The position numbers and the translations under genes are program-made. A DNA stretch of 64,000 nucleotides, taken from contig RPQS01000020.1 in the NCBI GenBank assembly GCA_003818605.1, positions 1,433 through 65,432 of the forward strand, in the 5' to 3' direction. Positions 9,198-18,400 of the stretch are shown here, piece after piece. The notes under the pieces were generated by a model that was not told the origin of the DNA, searched no databases, and saw only the letters and a program-made list of their open reading frames with translations. The DNA is from Candidatus Zhuqueibacterota bacterium (GTDB lineage Bacteria > Electryoneota > RPQS01). Numbering within the stretch: the stretch's first letter is position 1; each line of letters opens with the position of its first letter.

Positions 9198-12100
9198 TGC
9201 GACATCGAATTTCCAACACCAACCTGACCATCCTGTTGGCGGCGGTGATCGGCCTTTGGATGGCGGCGGATTCCGGGCTGGCTCAGGAGCGAATCTACCG
9301 TGGGAATACCATCTATCGCGCCAAGAATACCATGAGCGGCAATCTGGTGCGCTCGGTATTCTACAACTACGGTCTGGTGGGCAATATTGGCGAGATATCC
9401 GGCGAGTGGCCGATCGGAACGGGGAATGAATACGTAGGCGACGTCTCGCCGTTGGTGGGTGTACAATTTGTCCATCCTTCGGGCGACACCATGGTTTCCG
9501 TGACGACGTCGGACGGCCCGCGGCAAAATCCGGACGGCCCTCCGGGTGGCGGAACCTTTTGGGGGTTCGAACCGCTGGAAGGTTTTAACGCCGTTCCCAT
9601 CGTCGGACAAGATCCGAAAGTAGCGATGTCCAACCAGCCGGACACGTGGCCGGAGTATTGGCCAGATAAGAATCAAGACGATGAGCGTGACCACGGTTGG
9701 CGAAAGGACATGGCCGATCCGGGTTGGCAAGGCGCGTGGAACGGGTACTTCGGCAAGAACGTGATGAGCGCCGATCAAGAAACCTATTTCCAGATGGACG
9801 ATCATGCGGACGGCGAATGGTTTCAGCGAACCGACAGTCTGGAAAACGTATACTATTACTATCCGTCCATAGAAGATTCACTGCGGCGCGGTCTGGGTTT
9901 GCGAGTCCTGGTACGCGGCATGCAATGGGCGCATTTCCTGGCTCAGGATTGCATTTTCTGGCTGTATGAGATCACCAATATCAGTTCCTTCAATTACGAC
10001 AAAGTCTGCTTCGGCATGATTGTGGGAACGCTTTCCGGCGGACGGCAGGATTCCGAAGACGATTTGGCGTATTTCGATCTGGAAAATGACATTACTTATA
10101 GTTGGGACAGCGACGATCAAGGTTCGCTCGGCTGGGTATCGGTGCGTCCCGGCGAAATCAACGTGGGCTACGTCGGCTACGCCTTTTTGGAATCTCCCGG
10201 CAATCCGGTAGACGGGATTGACAACGACGGCGACAGCGATCATCCCGGCAGTCCGACGTTAACGGCGAGTTTACTGTATGAGATGACACAACCGCAGACG
10301 GTGCGATCCGGTCAGCCGCTCATCCTGATGGACTACAATACGTATCAGCGAAGCGATACGGTCATGACCGCCGATTCGCTGATATGGTTTTTCCGCGATC
10401 AGCGGCGCGTGCTGCGCGTGGGAGATACGCTTCGCGAAAACGGACGCAACAACATTGACGATAATTTCAACGGATTGATTGACGAACGTTTCGACAGCAC
10501 GCACATAGACCACAAGTACCGGGATTACTTCACCGGACAGGGTCTGACCGATCCTTTAATTGACGAGGCCCGCGATGACGGGATTGACAATGACGGCGAC
10601 TGGAATCCGCTGACGAACGACGTGGGATTCGACGGCGTGGCCGGCACCGGAGATATCGGCGAGGGCGATGGTCAGCCTACGGACGGCGAACCGAATTTCG
10701 ACAAGACGGACGTAGACGAATCCGATCAGATCGGACTGACGTCCTTCTATTATTTTACGCCGCCGGGAGCGGTGCGGATGCGCGATGATCAGAGCATCTG
10801 GACGCGGATGATTCCGGGCAATTTCGACGTCATCGAAGATACGCCGATGGACGGCGATTTCGTGTACGGATCCGGCTACTTCCCGCTGCGGTCGGGTCAG
10901 ACGGAGCGCTTCTCGATGGCCTTGCTGTACGGAGAAAATTATACGGACATCCGCGACAACAAGATCACCGTGCAGCAGATTTACGACGAGAATTACAATT
11001 TCGCGCGGCCGCCCGACAAACCGAAGCTGTGGACGGTTCCGGGCGACGGCAAGGTGACGCTGTATTGGGATTCCAAGGCGGAGGATTCCTACGAACCGAT
11101 CTGCGACTGCAAAGATTTTGAAGGATACAAGATTTACCGGGCAACCGATCCCTCGTTCAACGAAGTATTTTCGGTGACGGACGGATTGGGAAGACGGGTG
11201 TTCCATCGTCCGATCGCGCAGTTCGATCTGGACAACGGCAACGGCGGCTTCTTCCCGATTATCCGCAATGCGGTGATTTTCAATTTAGGCGACGATACCG
11301 GCTTGCGGCACTCGTGGACGGACACGACCGTGGAAAACGGCCAGACATATTATTACGCAGTGGTGGCGTATGACCGGGGCGATATCGAGAAGCAGATTCT
11401 TCCCGCCGAAAACAGCAAGACCATCGTGATGGACGAGGCGGGCAATATCACGCTGGATATCAACACGGCGGTCGTCACTCCGCGCGCTCCGGCGGCGGGC
11501 TATGAAGAAGCCTCCATGTCGTCCTTTGAGCACGCTTCCGGCTCCGCGACCGGCGCGGTGGCGCTGGATCTGGTGGATCCGCGGCTGGTGCGGGACAACG
11601 TCCGCTACGATTTTACGTTTGCCAACGTCCCCGATTCGATTTCATCCACACAGACCATTTATTCGATTACGCGGGATTCGCTGGGCATTCGTTCCAACGT
11701 GCTGGTCAACGAGCCGCTGCTGCCGAAGGACAATCTGCTGCCGCAGACGCGGCGGTTCCGCGCCTATTACGATTCGCTGTTCAACCGTCCGCCCGGATTG
11801 TACGATCCGATTCAGTATTTCCAGGTGGCGGGCACGCCGATGTTCGACGGGCAGATCGTGTATATTCTGATTCCGCGCGACACGGCGCTGATCGCGGAGA
11901 TCAGCGGCTGGGAAGATACGACGAAAACGCTGTTTAGCTTCACGTTCCAGAAAACGAATCTGGGTACGAATCCCGATTCGGCCGTGCGCATTCCGATGGA
12001 CTATGAGATCGAGTGGTTCGATCACATTGTGGACACGACGCTGCACTTTTACGATCCGCTCAATTTCGATTTTCCGGCGATTCCCGTGAATTTCTCGGTG

Positions 12101-12697
12101 AAAAACATCAGCCGCGATTATCGGGTCAAGTGCGTGTTTGTGGAGCGATCCGCCACGCGGAACGGAACGGTGGACGCCAACGAGAGTCTGATTCTATTTG
12201 ACAGTCTGGGCGGGCAATATGAAATCGGATGGAACGTCGGTTTCGTGGCTCGCCCGATACAGGGCGATACGCTTCCCCCCGGCGCGGGGGACAAGCTGAC
12301 GCTGCATGTATATCAGCCGTATACGGGAAACGATCTGTATGTATACGGCACACGCGCATCGCGCATCAATGCAGACGCCGTGACGTTAGATAGGATCAAA
12401 GTGTATCCTAATCCGTACGTCGCCGTATCGCCACAAGAGCCGACCAATTTGTTTAACGAGGGACGCGGCGAACGGCGCATCACTTTCATTCACTTGCCCA
12501 ACGAGTGTACGATCCGGATCTATACCGTGCGCGGGGATCTGATCCAGGAGATTCGGCATTTCGCCGACATTGACGACGGCCATGAGAATTGGGATTTGCG
12601 CAGCCGTGACGGGCAGAACGTGGCGTATGGAACGTACCTTTACCATATCGAGTCACCGTTCGGCGAAAAGACGGGAAGGTTTGCGGTGATCAAATGA
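9197..12697 (+). CDS. Large secreted hypothetical protein with Asp-rich Ca-binding-like repeats, FN3-like region and variant T9SS-like CTD
   Basis: Signal peptide; DGIDNDGD x2, NNIDDNFNGLIDE; VTLYW..FEGYKIYR..NGQTYYYAVVAYD; ends IKVYPNPY...WDL...VAYGTYLYHI...GRFAVIK; overlaps the TBDR stop (TAATG). Confidence 0.8.
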   Translation: MRHRISNTNLTILLAAVIGLWMAADSGLAQERIYRGNTIYRAKNTMSGNLVRSVFYNYGLVGNIGEISGEWPIGTGNEYVGDVSPLVGVQFVHPSGDTMVSVTTSDGPRQNPDGPPGGGTFWGFEPLEGFNAVPIVGQDPKVAMSNQPDTWPEYWPDKNQDDERDHGWRKDMADPGWQGAWNGYFGKNVMSADQETYFQMDDHADGEWFQRTDSLENVYYYYPSIEDSLRRGLGLRVLVRGMQWAHFLAQDCIFWLYEITNISSFNYDKVCFGMIVGTLSGGRQDSEDDLAYFDLENDITYSWDSDDQGSLGWVSVRPGEINVGYVGYAFLESPGNPVDGIDNDGDSDHPGSPTLTASLLYEMTQPQTVRSGQPLILMDYNTYQRSDTVMTADSLIWFFRDQRRVLRVGDTLRENGRNNIDDNFNGLIDERFDSTHIDHKYRDYFTGQGLTDPLIDEARDDGIDNDGDWNPLTNDVGFDGVAGTGDIGEGDGQPTDGEPNFDKTDVDESDQIGLTSFYYFTPPGAVRMRDDQSIWTRMIPGNFDVIEDTPMDGDFVYGSGYFPLRSGQTERFSMALLYGENYTDIRDNKITVQQIYDENYNFARPPDKPKLWTVPGDGKVTLYWDSKAEDSYEPICDCKDFEGYKIYRATDPSFNEVFSVTDGLGRRVFHRPIAQFDLDNGNGGFFPIIRNAVIFNLGDDTGLRHSWTDTTVENGQTYYYAVVAYDRGDIEKQILPAENSKTIVMDEAGNITLDINTAVVTPRAPAAGYEEASMSSFEHASGSATGAVALDLVDPRLVRDNVRYDFTFANVPDSISSTQTIYSITRDSLGIRSNVLVNEPLLPKDNLLPQTRRFRAYYDSLFNRPPGLYDPIQYFQVAGTPMFDGQIVYILIPRDTALIAEISGWEDTTKTLFSFTFQKTNLGTNPDSAVRIPMDYEIEWFDHIVDTTLHFYDPLNFDFPAIPVNFSVKNISRDYRVKCVFVERSATRNGTVDANESLILFDSLGGQYEIGWNVGFVARPIQGDTLPPGAGDKLTLHVYQPYTGNDLYVYGTRASRINADAVTLDRIKVYPNPYVAVSPQEPTNLFNEGRGERRITFIHLPNECTIRIYTVRGDLIQEIRHFADIDDGHENWDLRSRDGQNVAYGTYLYHIESPFGEKTGRFAVIK

Positions 12698-13722
12698 AAC
12701 ACAAGCTCCTTTACCTCGGCGCATTGGTGATGCTGGCGGCTCTTGTTCCCGCCGCCGCACAAGCACAGAGCAAAGTCGGAACGACGGCGGCTCCGTTTTT
12801 GAATATCGCCGTGGGGGCGCGCGCTCTGGGCATGGGTGGGGCCTTTACGGCTACGGCGGACGATCCGAGCGCTCTGTATTGGAATCCGGCCGGCATAGCG
12901 GGCATAGAGCGTTTTGAGGCGAGTTTCGTTCACACGGATTGGCTGGTGGACTTGAAATACGACGTGGTGGGCGTGATCTTGCCGATAAAGGGTGCCGGAA
13001 CGCTGGGCGCGCAAACCGTTTTTCTGACGATGCCGGATCAGGAAATTACGACGACGCTGCAATCCCAGCAGGACGGCACCGGCTTGTTTTTCAGCTCGGG
13101 AAGCATGGCCATGGGATTGTCGTTTGCGCGCGCATTCACCGACCGTTTCAAACTGGGCATAACGGCTAAATGGGTGCGGGAGTGGATTTGGCATGAAGAT
13201 GCCAACACGATTGCGCTGGATTTGGGCAGCATTTATCGCACGACGTTTCACAATATGCGCATCGGTGTGGCCATTACGAATTTCGGCGGCGACATGTCCA
13301 TGAGCGGCCGCGATTTAATGCACTATCATGACGCGGATGAGACGCGATCAGGAAACAACGCGCGCGTGCTGTCCGAATGGAGCACGGATAATTGGCCGCT
13401 GCCGATGTGTTTGCGATTCGGATTGGCGATGGAAATTTTGCAGAATAAAGATCACCGAATCACGACGGCGATGGATGCCATTCATCCCAATGACAACCGG
13501 GAGTCGGTGAATTTGGGTTGTGAATACGCTTTTCGCGAGCAGTTTATGCTGCGGGCGGGATACAAATCGCTGTTCATGCCGTATAGTGAAGAGGGATTGA
13601 CCTTGGGCGCGGGCGTCCGCACGAAGACGCGCGGGGGGCCGGGTTTCGGTTTGGATGTCGCTTACGAAGACTTCGGACGGTTCGATGCGGTCTACAAGTA
13701 TTCCATCATCGTGAGTTATTGA
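12694..13722 (+). CDS. porV: PorV/UPF0164-family outer-membrane beta-barrel
   Basis: FLNIAVGARALGMGGAFTATADDPSALYWNPAG signature; GCEY..LRAGY; C-terminal Y; ATGA overlap with the upstream gene. Confidence 0.85.
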   Translation: MKHKLLYLGALVMLAALVPAAAQAQSKVGTTAAPFLNIAVGARALGMGGAFTATADDPSALYWNPAGIAGIERFEASFVHTDWLVDLKYDVVGVILPIKGAGTLGAQTVFLTMPDQEITTTLQSQQDGTGLFFSSGSMAMGLSFARAFTDRFKLGITAKWVREWIWHEDANTIALDLGSIYRTTFHNMRIGVAITNFGGDMSMSGRDLMHYHDADETRSGNNARVLSEWSTDNWPLPMCLRFGLAMEILQNKDHRITTAMDAIHPNDNRESVNLGCEYAFREQFMLRAGYKSLFMPYSEEGLTLGAGVRTKTRGGPGFGLDVAYEDFGRFDAVYKYSIIVSY

Positions 13723-13797
13723 GATCAGATCGTTTCGGAATCCAGTTTTTTGGTTCCACATACCCATACCATTCCATAAGAGATCCGAGGAGGGATC

Positions 13798-15288
13798 ATG
13801 AAAGGCACACTGAAATTTCTGGTAGCAGCCGTGCTGACCATAGTTTTAGCTGCGTCGGCTTGGGCTACAAATGTCACGTTCCAGGTGAACATGACGGTGC
13901 AGGTGAATGCCGGCAACTTTATACCGGCCACGGACATTCTCGTGGCCCGCGGTACGTTTAACGGCTGGGGCGGCAACGCGAACCAGCTGATTGACAACGG
14001 CGCGGGCATCTACGTCGGAACATGGGACATCACACCGGGGACCATCGAATACAAATTCGCGATCCCTCATACCGGGCCGGATGACGTTTGGGAAGGAGTC
14101 AACAATCGTACGGTTGTCGTGGGAACTGATCCGTTGGTACTGCCGGTTGTCTATTTTAACGATGCCACGCTGATCGCAGACGTGGAAGTTCGTTTCCGCG
14201 TGGACATGACCGTTCAGATCGCGCGCGGAACCTTCGATCCGGCGGTAGACTGGGTGGTTGTCCGAGGCAGTCATGCCAATATCGGCAACTGGGGAGGCGC
14301 GGTACGGTTGAACTCGGAAACCTTGAATCCGGAAATCTACTCGGCGTGGATTCAGTTCGATGATCTGACCGGTGCGCTTCAGTTCAAGTATGTGTATCTC
14401 ACCGCCGGGGACCCGAATGCAGCCCATTGGGAAGAGCACATTCCCGCCAACCGGGAGATTCTGCCCACCGGTACGGAGCCGGACGCGAATTCCAACGGCT
14501 ATGGCGAGATTAATCCCGCCACTCCATATTTCGATGATCTAACTCCCGCCGATATCATCACGAACGACCTGACCGTTGTCTTCCAAGTGGAGGTACATCC
14601 GCTGCTGGGCCGTCTTCGTGATCAGGGATTCATCTATGACGTGCAGTCGCATGATACGATCTACAGCGTGGAGAGCATTCAAGTAGCCGGCGGCTTTAAC
14701 ACTTGGCCGTGGGGCGGCTTCACGCAGGAATACTTCATGAATGACGGCGGCACAAACGGCGACGTCACGGCCGGCGACAACATATGGAGCGTATCGCATT
14801 TGTTCGCGGCCGGAACCGAACGCGCGCTTATTTATAAGTACGGCGCCAATCAGCTTGACGTGGAAGCCGGATTTGCGCTGAACCACGTGGCGCATCTGGA
14901 CGATACGACAGCCGCCACGTATTACGTGCCGCCTGTATGCTGGGGCGAGCAGGATACGATCTATGCATCATGGCAGAGCGAGTGCCTGATTTCTTCCGTT
15001 CCCGAGTATAGTGCCACAGTGCCGGCAGCCTATCGTTTGGATCAGAATTTCCCGAATCCGTTCAATCCGAGCACGATGATTCGCTTCTCGATTCCGCGCG
15101 CGGATGTGATGACACTGCGGGTGTTCAACATCATGGGACAGGAAGTCGCGGTGTGGAATCTGGGCCGTCTGGAAACGGGTGAACACAGTGTGCGGTTTGA
15201 CGCGTCTTCGCTGGCGTCCGGCGTATATGTGTACCGTCTGGAAAGTCCGGGCTTCTCGGCCTCGCGCAAGATGCTGCTGATGAAGTAG
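13798..15288 (+). CDS. Non-catalytic starch-binding protein: three CBM20-like modules plus T9SS type-A CTD
   Basis: Three repeats V.F.V.M...V.G.FN.W...YK[FY]; CTD QNFPNPFNPST...SGVYVYRL...RKMLLMK. Confidence 0.7.
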   Translation: MKGTLKFLVAAVLTIVLAASAWATNVTFQVNMTVQVNAGNFIPATDILVARGTFNGWGGNANQLIDNGAGIYVGTWDITPGTIEYKFAIPHTGPDDVWEGVNNRTVVVGTDPLVLPVVYFNDATLIADVEVRFRVDMTVQIARGTFDPAVDWVVVRGSHANIGNWGGAVRLNSETLNPEIYSAWIQFDDLTGALQFKYVYLTAGDPNAAHWEEHIPANREILPTGTEPDANSNGYGEINPATPYFDDLTPADIITNDLTVVFQVEVHPLLGRLRDQGFIYDVQSHDTIYSVESIQVAGGFNTWPWGGFTQEYFMNDGGTNGDVTAGDNIWSVSHLFAAGTERALIYKYGANQLDVEAGFALNHVAHLDDTTAATYYVPPVCWGEQDTIYASWQSECLISSVPEYSATVPAAYRLDQNFPNPFNPSTMIRFSIPRADVMTLRVFNIMGQEVAVWNLGRLETGEHSVRFDASSLASGVYVYRLESPGFSASRKMLLMK

Positions 15289-15317
15289 CGCTTCTTTTTG
15301 CGGCGACAATGCACTCA

Positions 15318-15357
15318 AGAAAGGGGGCGCGCGCCCGCGTCGTCGCGCCCCCTTTCT
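15318..15357 (+). terminator. Intra-operon stem-loop (partial terminator or mRNA stabiliser)
   Basis: AGAAAGGGGGCGCG...CGCGCCCCCTTTCT 14-bp perfect stem. Confidence 0.6.
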
Positions 15358-15439
15358 GCATCTTATCAATTTCATCCGGCATATCGGCGATATGCCGGAT
15401 GCGTGTACGCGATACAGCGGTCCGGCAAGGAGTGAAAAG

Positions 15440-18400
15440 ATGAAAAGAATCATTGGATTTGCAGCGGTTTTATGGATCACGGCGGGTATTGCCTGCGCTC
15501 AGCACGTGAGTTGGCAGCCGACTTCGCCGCGAGTGGGCGATGCGGTGACCTACCGATATGATTCGCGAATCGGGCCGCTTGGCCCCGCCACGACCACGAT
15601 TTGGCTGCATTGGGGGGAACTCGATCCGTCCACGGGGAGTTGGTCTACTCCGCCGCAGAGCATTTGGCCGCAGGGATCGCGCCTTCACTCCGATAACGTG
15701 GCCGTGCAAAGCCCGATGACGCGCGGGCAAGACAGTGTATGGAGCGTCTCGATTGATTTTGATACAAGCCTACAGGATATGGCCTTTGTGTTTACCGATG
15801 GAGTCAGCCAGTGGGACAACAACAACGGCCATAACTGGATTCTAAACTTTGTTTTACCGGGCACGGTCTCGTGGTGGACTCCGGAGGACGCACAGCCGGG
15901 AGACACCATTACGATTTATTATGACGCGGTGCCGGGAACTCTTCCGAATGCCTCCCCGAATGCCACTCTCCATTGGGGCGTGAATGAATCCGGCCACGGC
16001 AACTGGCGGCTGCCGCCCCAAGCCATTTGGCCGGCGGGTACGGTTCCGGTCGGCTCCGCCGCGCAGACCCCCATGATCGCGATGGGCGGCGGTCTCTTTC
16101 GCATTACGATTATCACTACCGATTCCGTTTATACATTGCACTACGTCGTTACCGACGGCACGAATTGGGACAACAACGGTAACTCCAACTGGGACATCGA
16201 ACTCACAGAGCCGCCGCCGCTCACGTATACGTACCGAATATTCCGTTTCGATCCGCGTTCCGCTTTTGCCACGCAGTTTTCCGGATCGGTGAACTCGCTC
16301 AATCTGGCGGGGGCTTTCAACGGCTGGTCTACGTCGGCCAATCCGCTGCCGAACGTGGATATGTACGGCAATCGTTGGGGCGAAGTGCGAATGCCGGTGG
16401 GAACGAGCGAGTACAAGTTCGTTATCAACGGCAACAACTGGCAGACCGATCCGGACAATCCGCTCACGGCTCCGGGCGGCTACAACAATTCCGTGATTAC
16501 GCTTACCGTGGATTCGTTGCCGCAATTCTACGACATTCAACCGGGTGAAAATTCGGTATTCAATACCAATACCGCTTTGCATGTGGCGGTGAAGGTTCGT
16601 CCGGGGGATCTCGGCCCGGGAATTTCCGGATCGCCGTTCGCCGTCGTAAATGGAATGCTGTATCCGCAGATGACATGGAATGCCGCAACCGGAGATCTCT
16701 CTTTCGATTGGCCGGCCCAAGCAACGCCCGGCGGGATGGATGTCACGATCTATGCGGCGGATTCGGCGGGACGCAACGGCCGTCGCAACTTCCACTACGG
16801 TTTCCGCGATAACGGTTACATGGCTGTGGATCCCTACGAGGACTTGAACTACAATGCGGGTGAGTTGTCTGATGTTTACGACTTGTTCGGGATGACGATT
16901 AAGGAACGTGCCAACGGTGACTCTTTGGAAATGACCGTGATGCTCGCTGGCGTGACTCCGGCACTTTCGCCTTTGATTCTCGTAACGATTTCCTGTTCCG
17001 CCGATGCTTTTGCGGAAATTCCGGGTTTCAACGGTGATCTTGCCGTTCCCAATCAATCCGGCGGCGGCGTGTCCTTGCTCCTGCTCTATCCGCAATCACC
17101 GTTCTATAATCCCGCCGTGCACAATACCTTGCATCCTGGCGGCAATCTCGCCACTCCCGGTCCCTCGGTCGCCCTCGCGTCCGACGGTGCCAACGACGCC
17201 TTCACCGTGGTCATGGCCACTTCCGATCTCGAAGATGCTCTCGGTTCTTATCAAACGGCTTGGTATTACACATGTTCCACCTTTATAGCCGCTGGTTCCG
17301 ATCAAGGCTATTGTCAGGAAATCACCTCCGCTATGGGTGGAGTGGACGGAGAAGAGGAACCCGATTGCATTGATGTCTTGTTTATAATGGCCGCCGACGT
17401 GCAAACCAAACTCATGCACAACTACGGCCTCACGCGCCGCGCCACGCTCGATGCTCCGGGCCGCGGTTTAGCGGCGGTCACCCCGCAGGGAATCGGCCCG
17501 AATATTTTATCACCGGGGCCGGTATGCCGGGTGCTTACGCGCGGCGCACCGACCTATGACACGACGCAAACCATTACCGGGCGCGTGACGTCTTCCGTCG
17601 CGCTCGGGCAAGTATGGCTTGTGCGGAATGACGTACTTGCTCCGGTTACATTAACGGGAGATTCGTTCGTTGTCCCGGTGATTCTGACGGAAGGCGAAAA
17701 CCGGTTCAATGTCTGGGCGGTGGATGTAAACAGTGATACCGGACGCTCACCGGCGTGTGTCTTCACCTTGGTCATTGATCACGCTCCGAATATTACACTT
17801 GCCACTCGGGTCGAGGCGGGACAGTGCGTACTGGATGCATCGGCAACTACCGATCCCGAACAGCAGGCCGTTACGTTTTTATGGGAAGCCGACGCGGACA
17901 ATCCGGCGCCGGTCACGTTGCTGAACGCCAATGCGGCTGTCGCCAGTTTTACGCGGCCTGCGGTTTTGGGAGAGTATTATTTCAACGTGACGGCGACCGA
18001 TCCCGATCAGCATATTTCCCGCGCGCGAACGCTCTTTACGGTTTACGCCGATTCCGCACACGGATTTGCGAATAACGAGTGTACCGATTGGGTGAAGAAC
18101 GCAATGATTTACGAAATCTTTCCGCGATCCTACTCAGCACAAGGAAATCTCGACGGGATCACGGCGGATTTGCCAAGACTGGCCGATCTGGGAATCAACT
18201 GCATTTGGATGATGCCGATTTTCGAAGGGCCGTCCGATCATGGATATGAAATCACGGACTATTACGCGATTGAGCAGGATTACGGCGCGGCAGCAGATTT
18301 GCATGAACTTGTACAAGCCGCGCATGCCTTGGGTATCCGAATCGTATTGGACATGGTGCTCAATCATACGGGAATCGGCCATCCGTTCATGCAGGATGCG

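Noticed and set aside
15240-15253. GGAAAGTCCGGGCT resembling the RNase P RNA signature
   Set aside because: Inside a CTD coding region and lacking the other conserved RNase P elements
16850-17460. Pyrimidine-richer stretch inside the amylase gene, possible recombination patch
   Set aside because: Impression only, not quantified; the frame is intact and there are no boundary repeats
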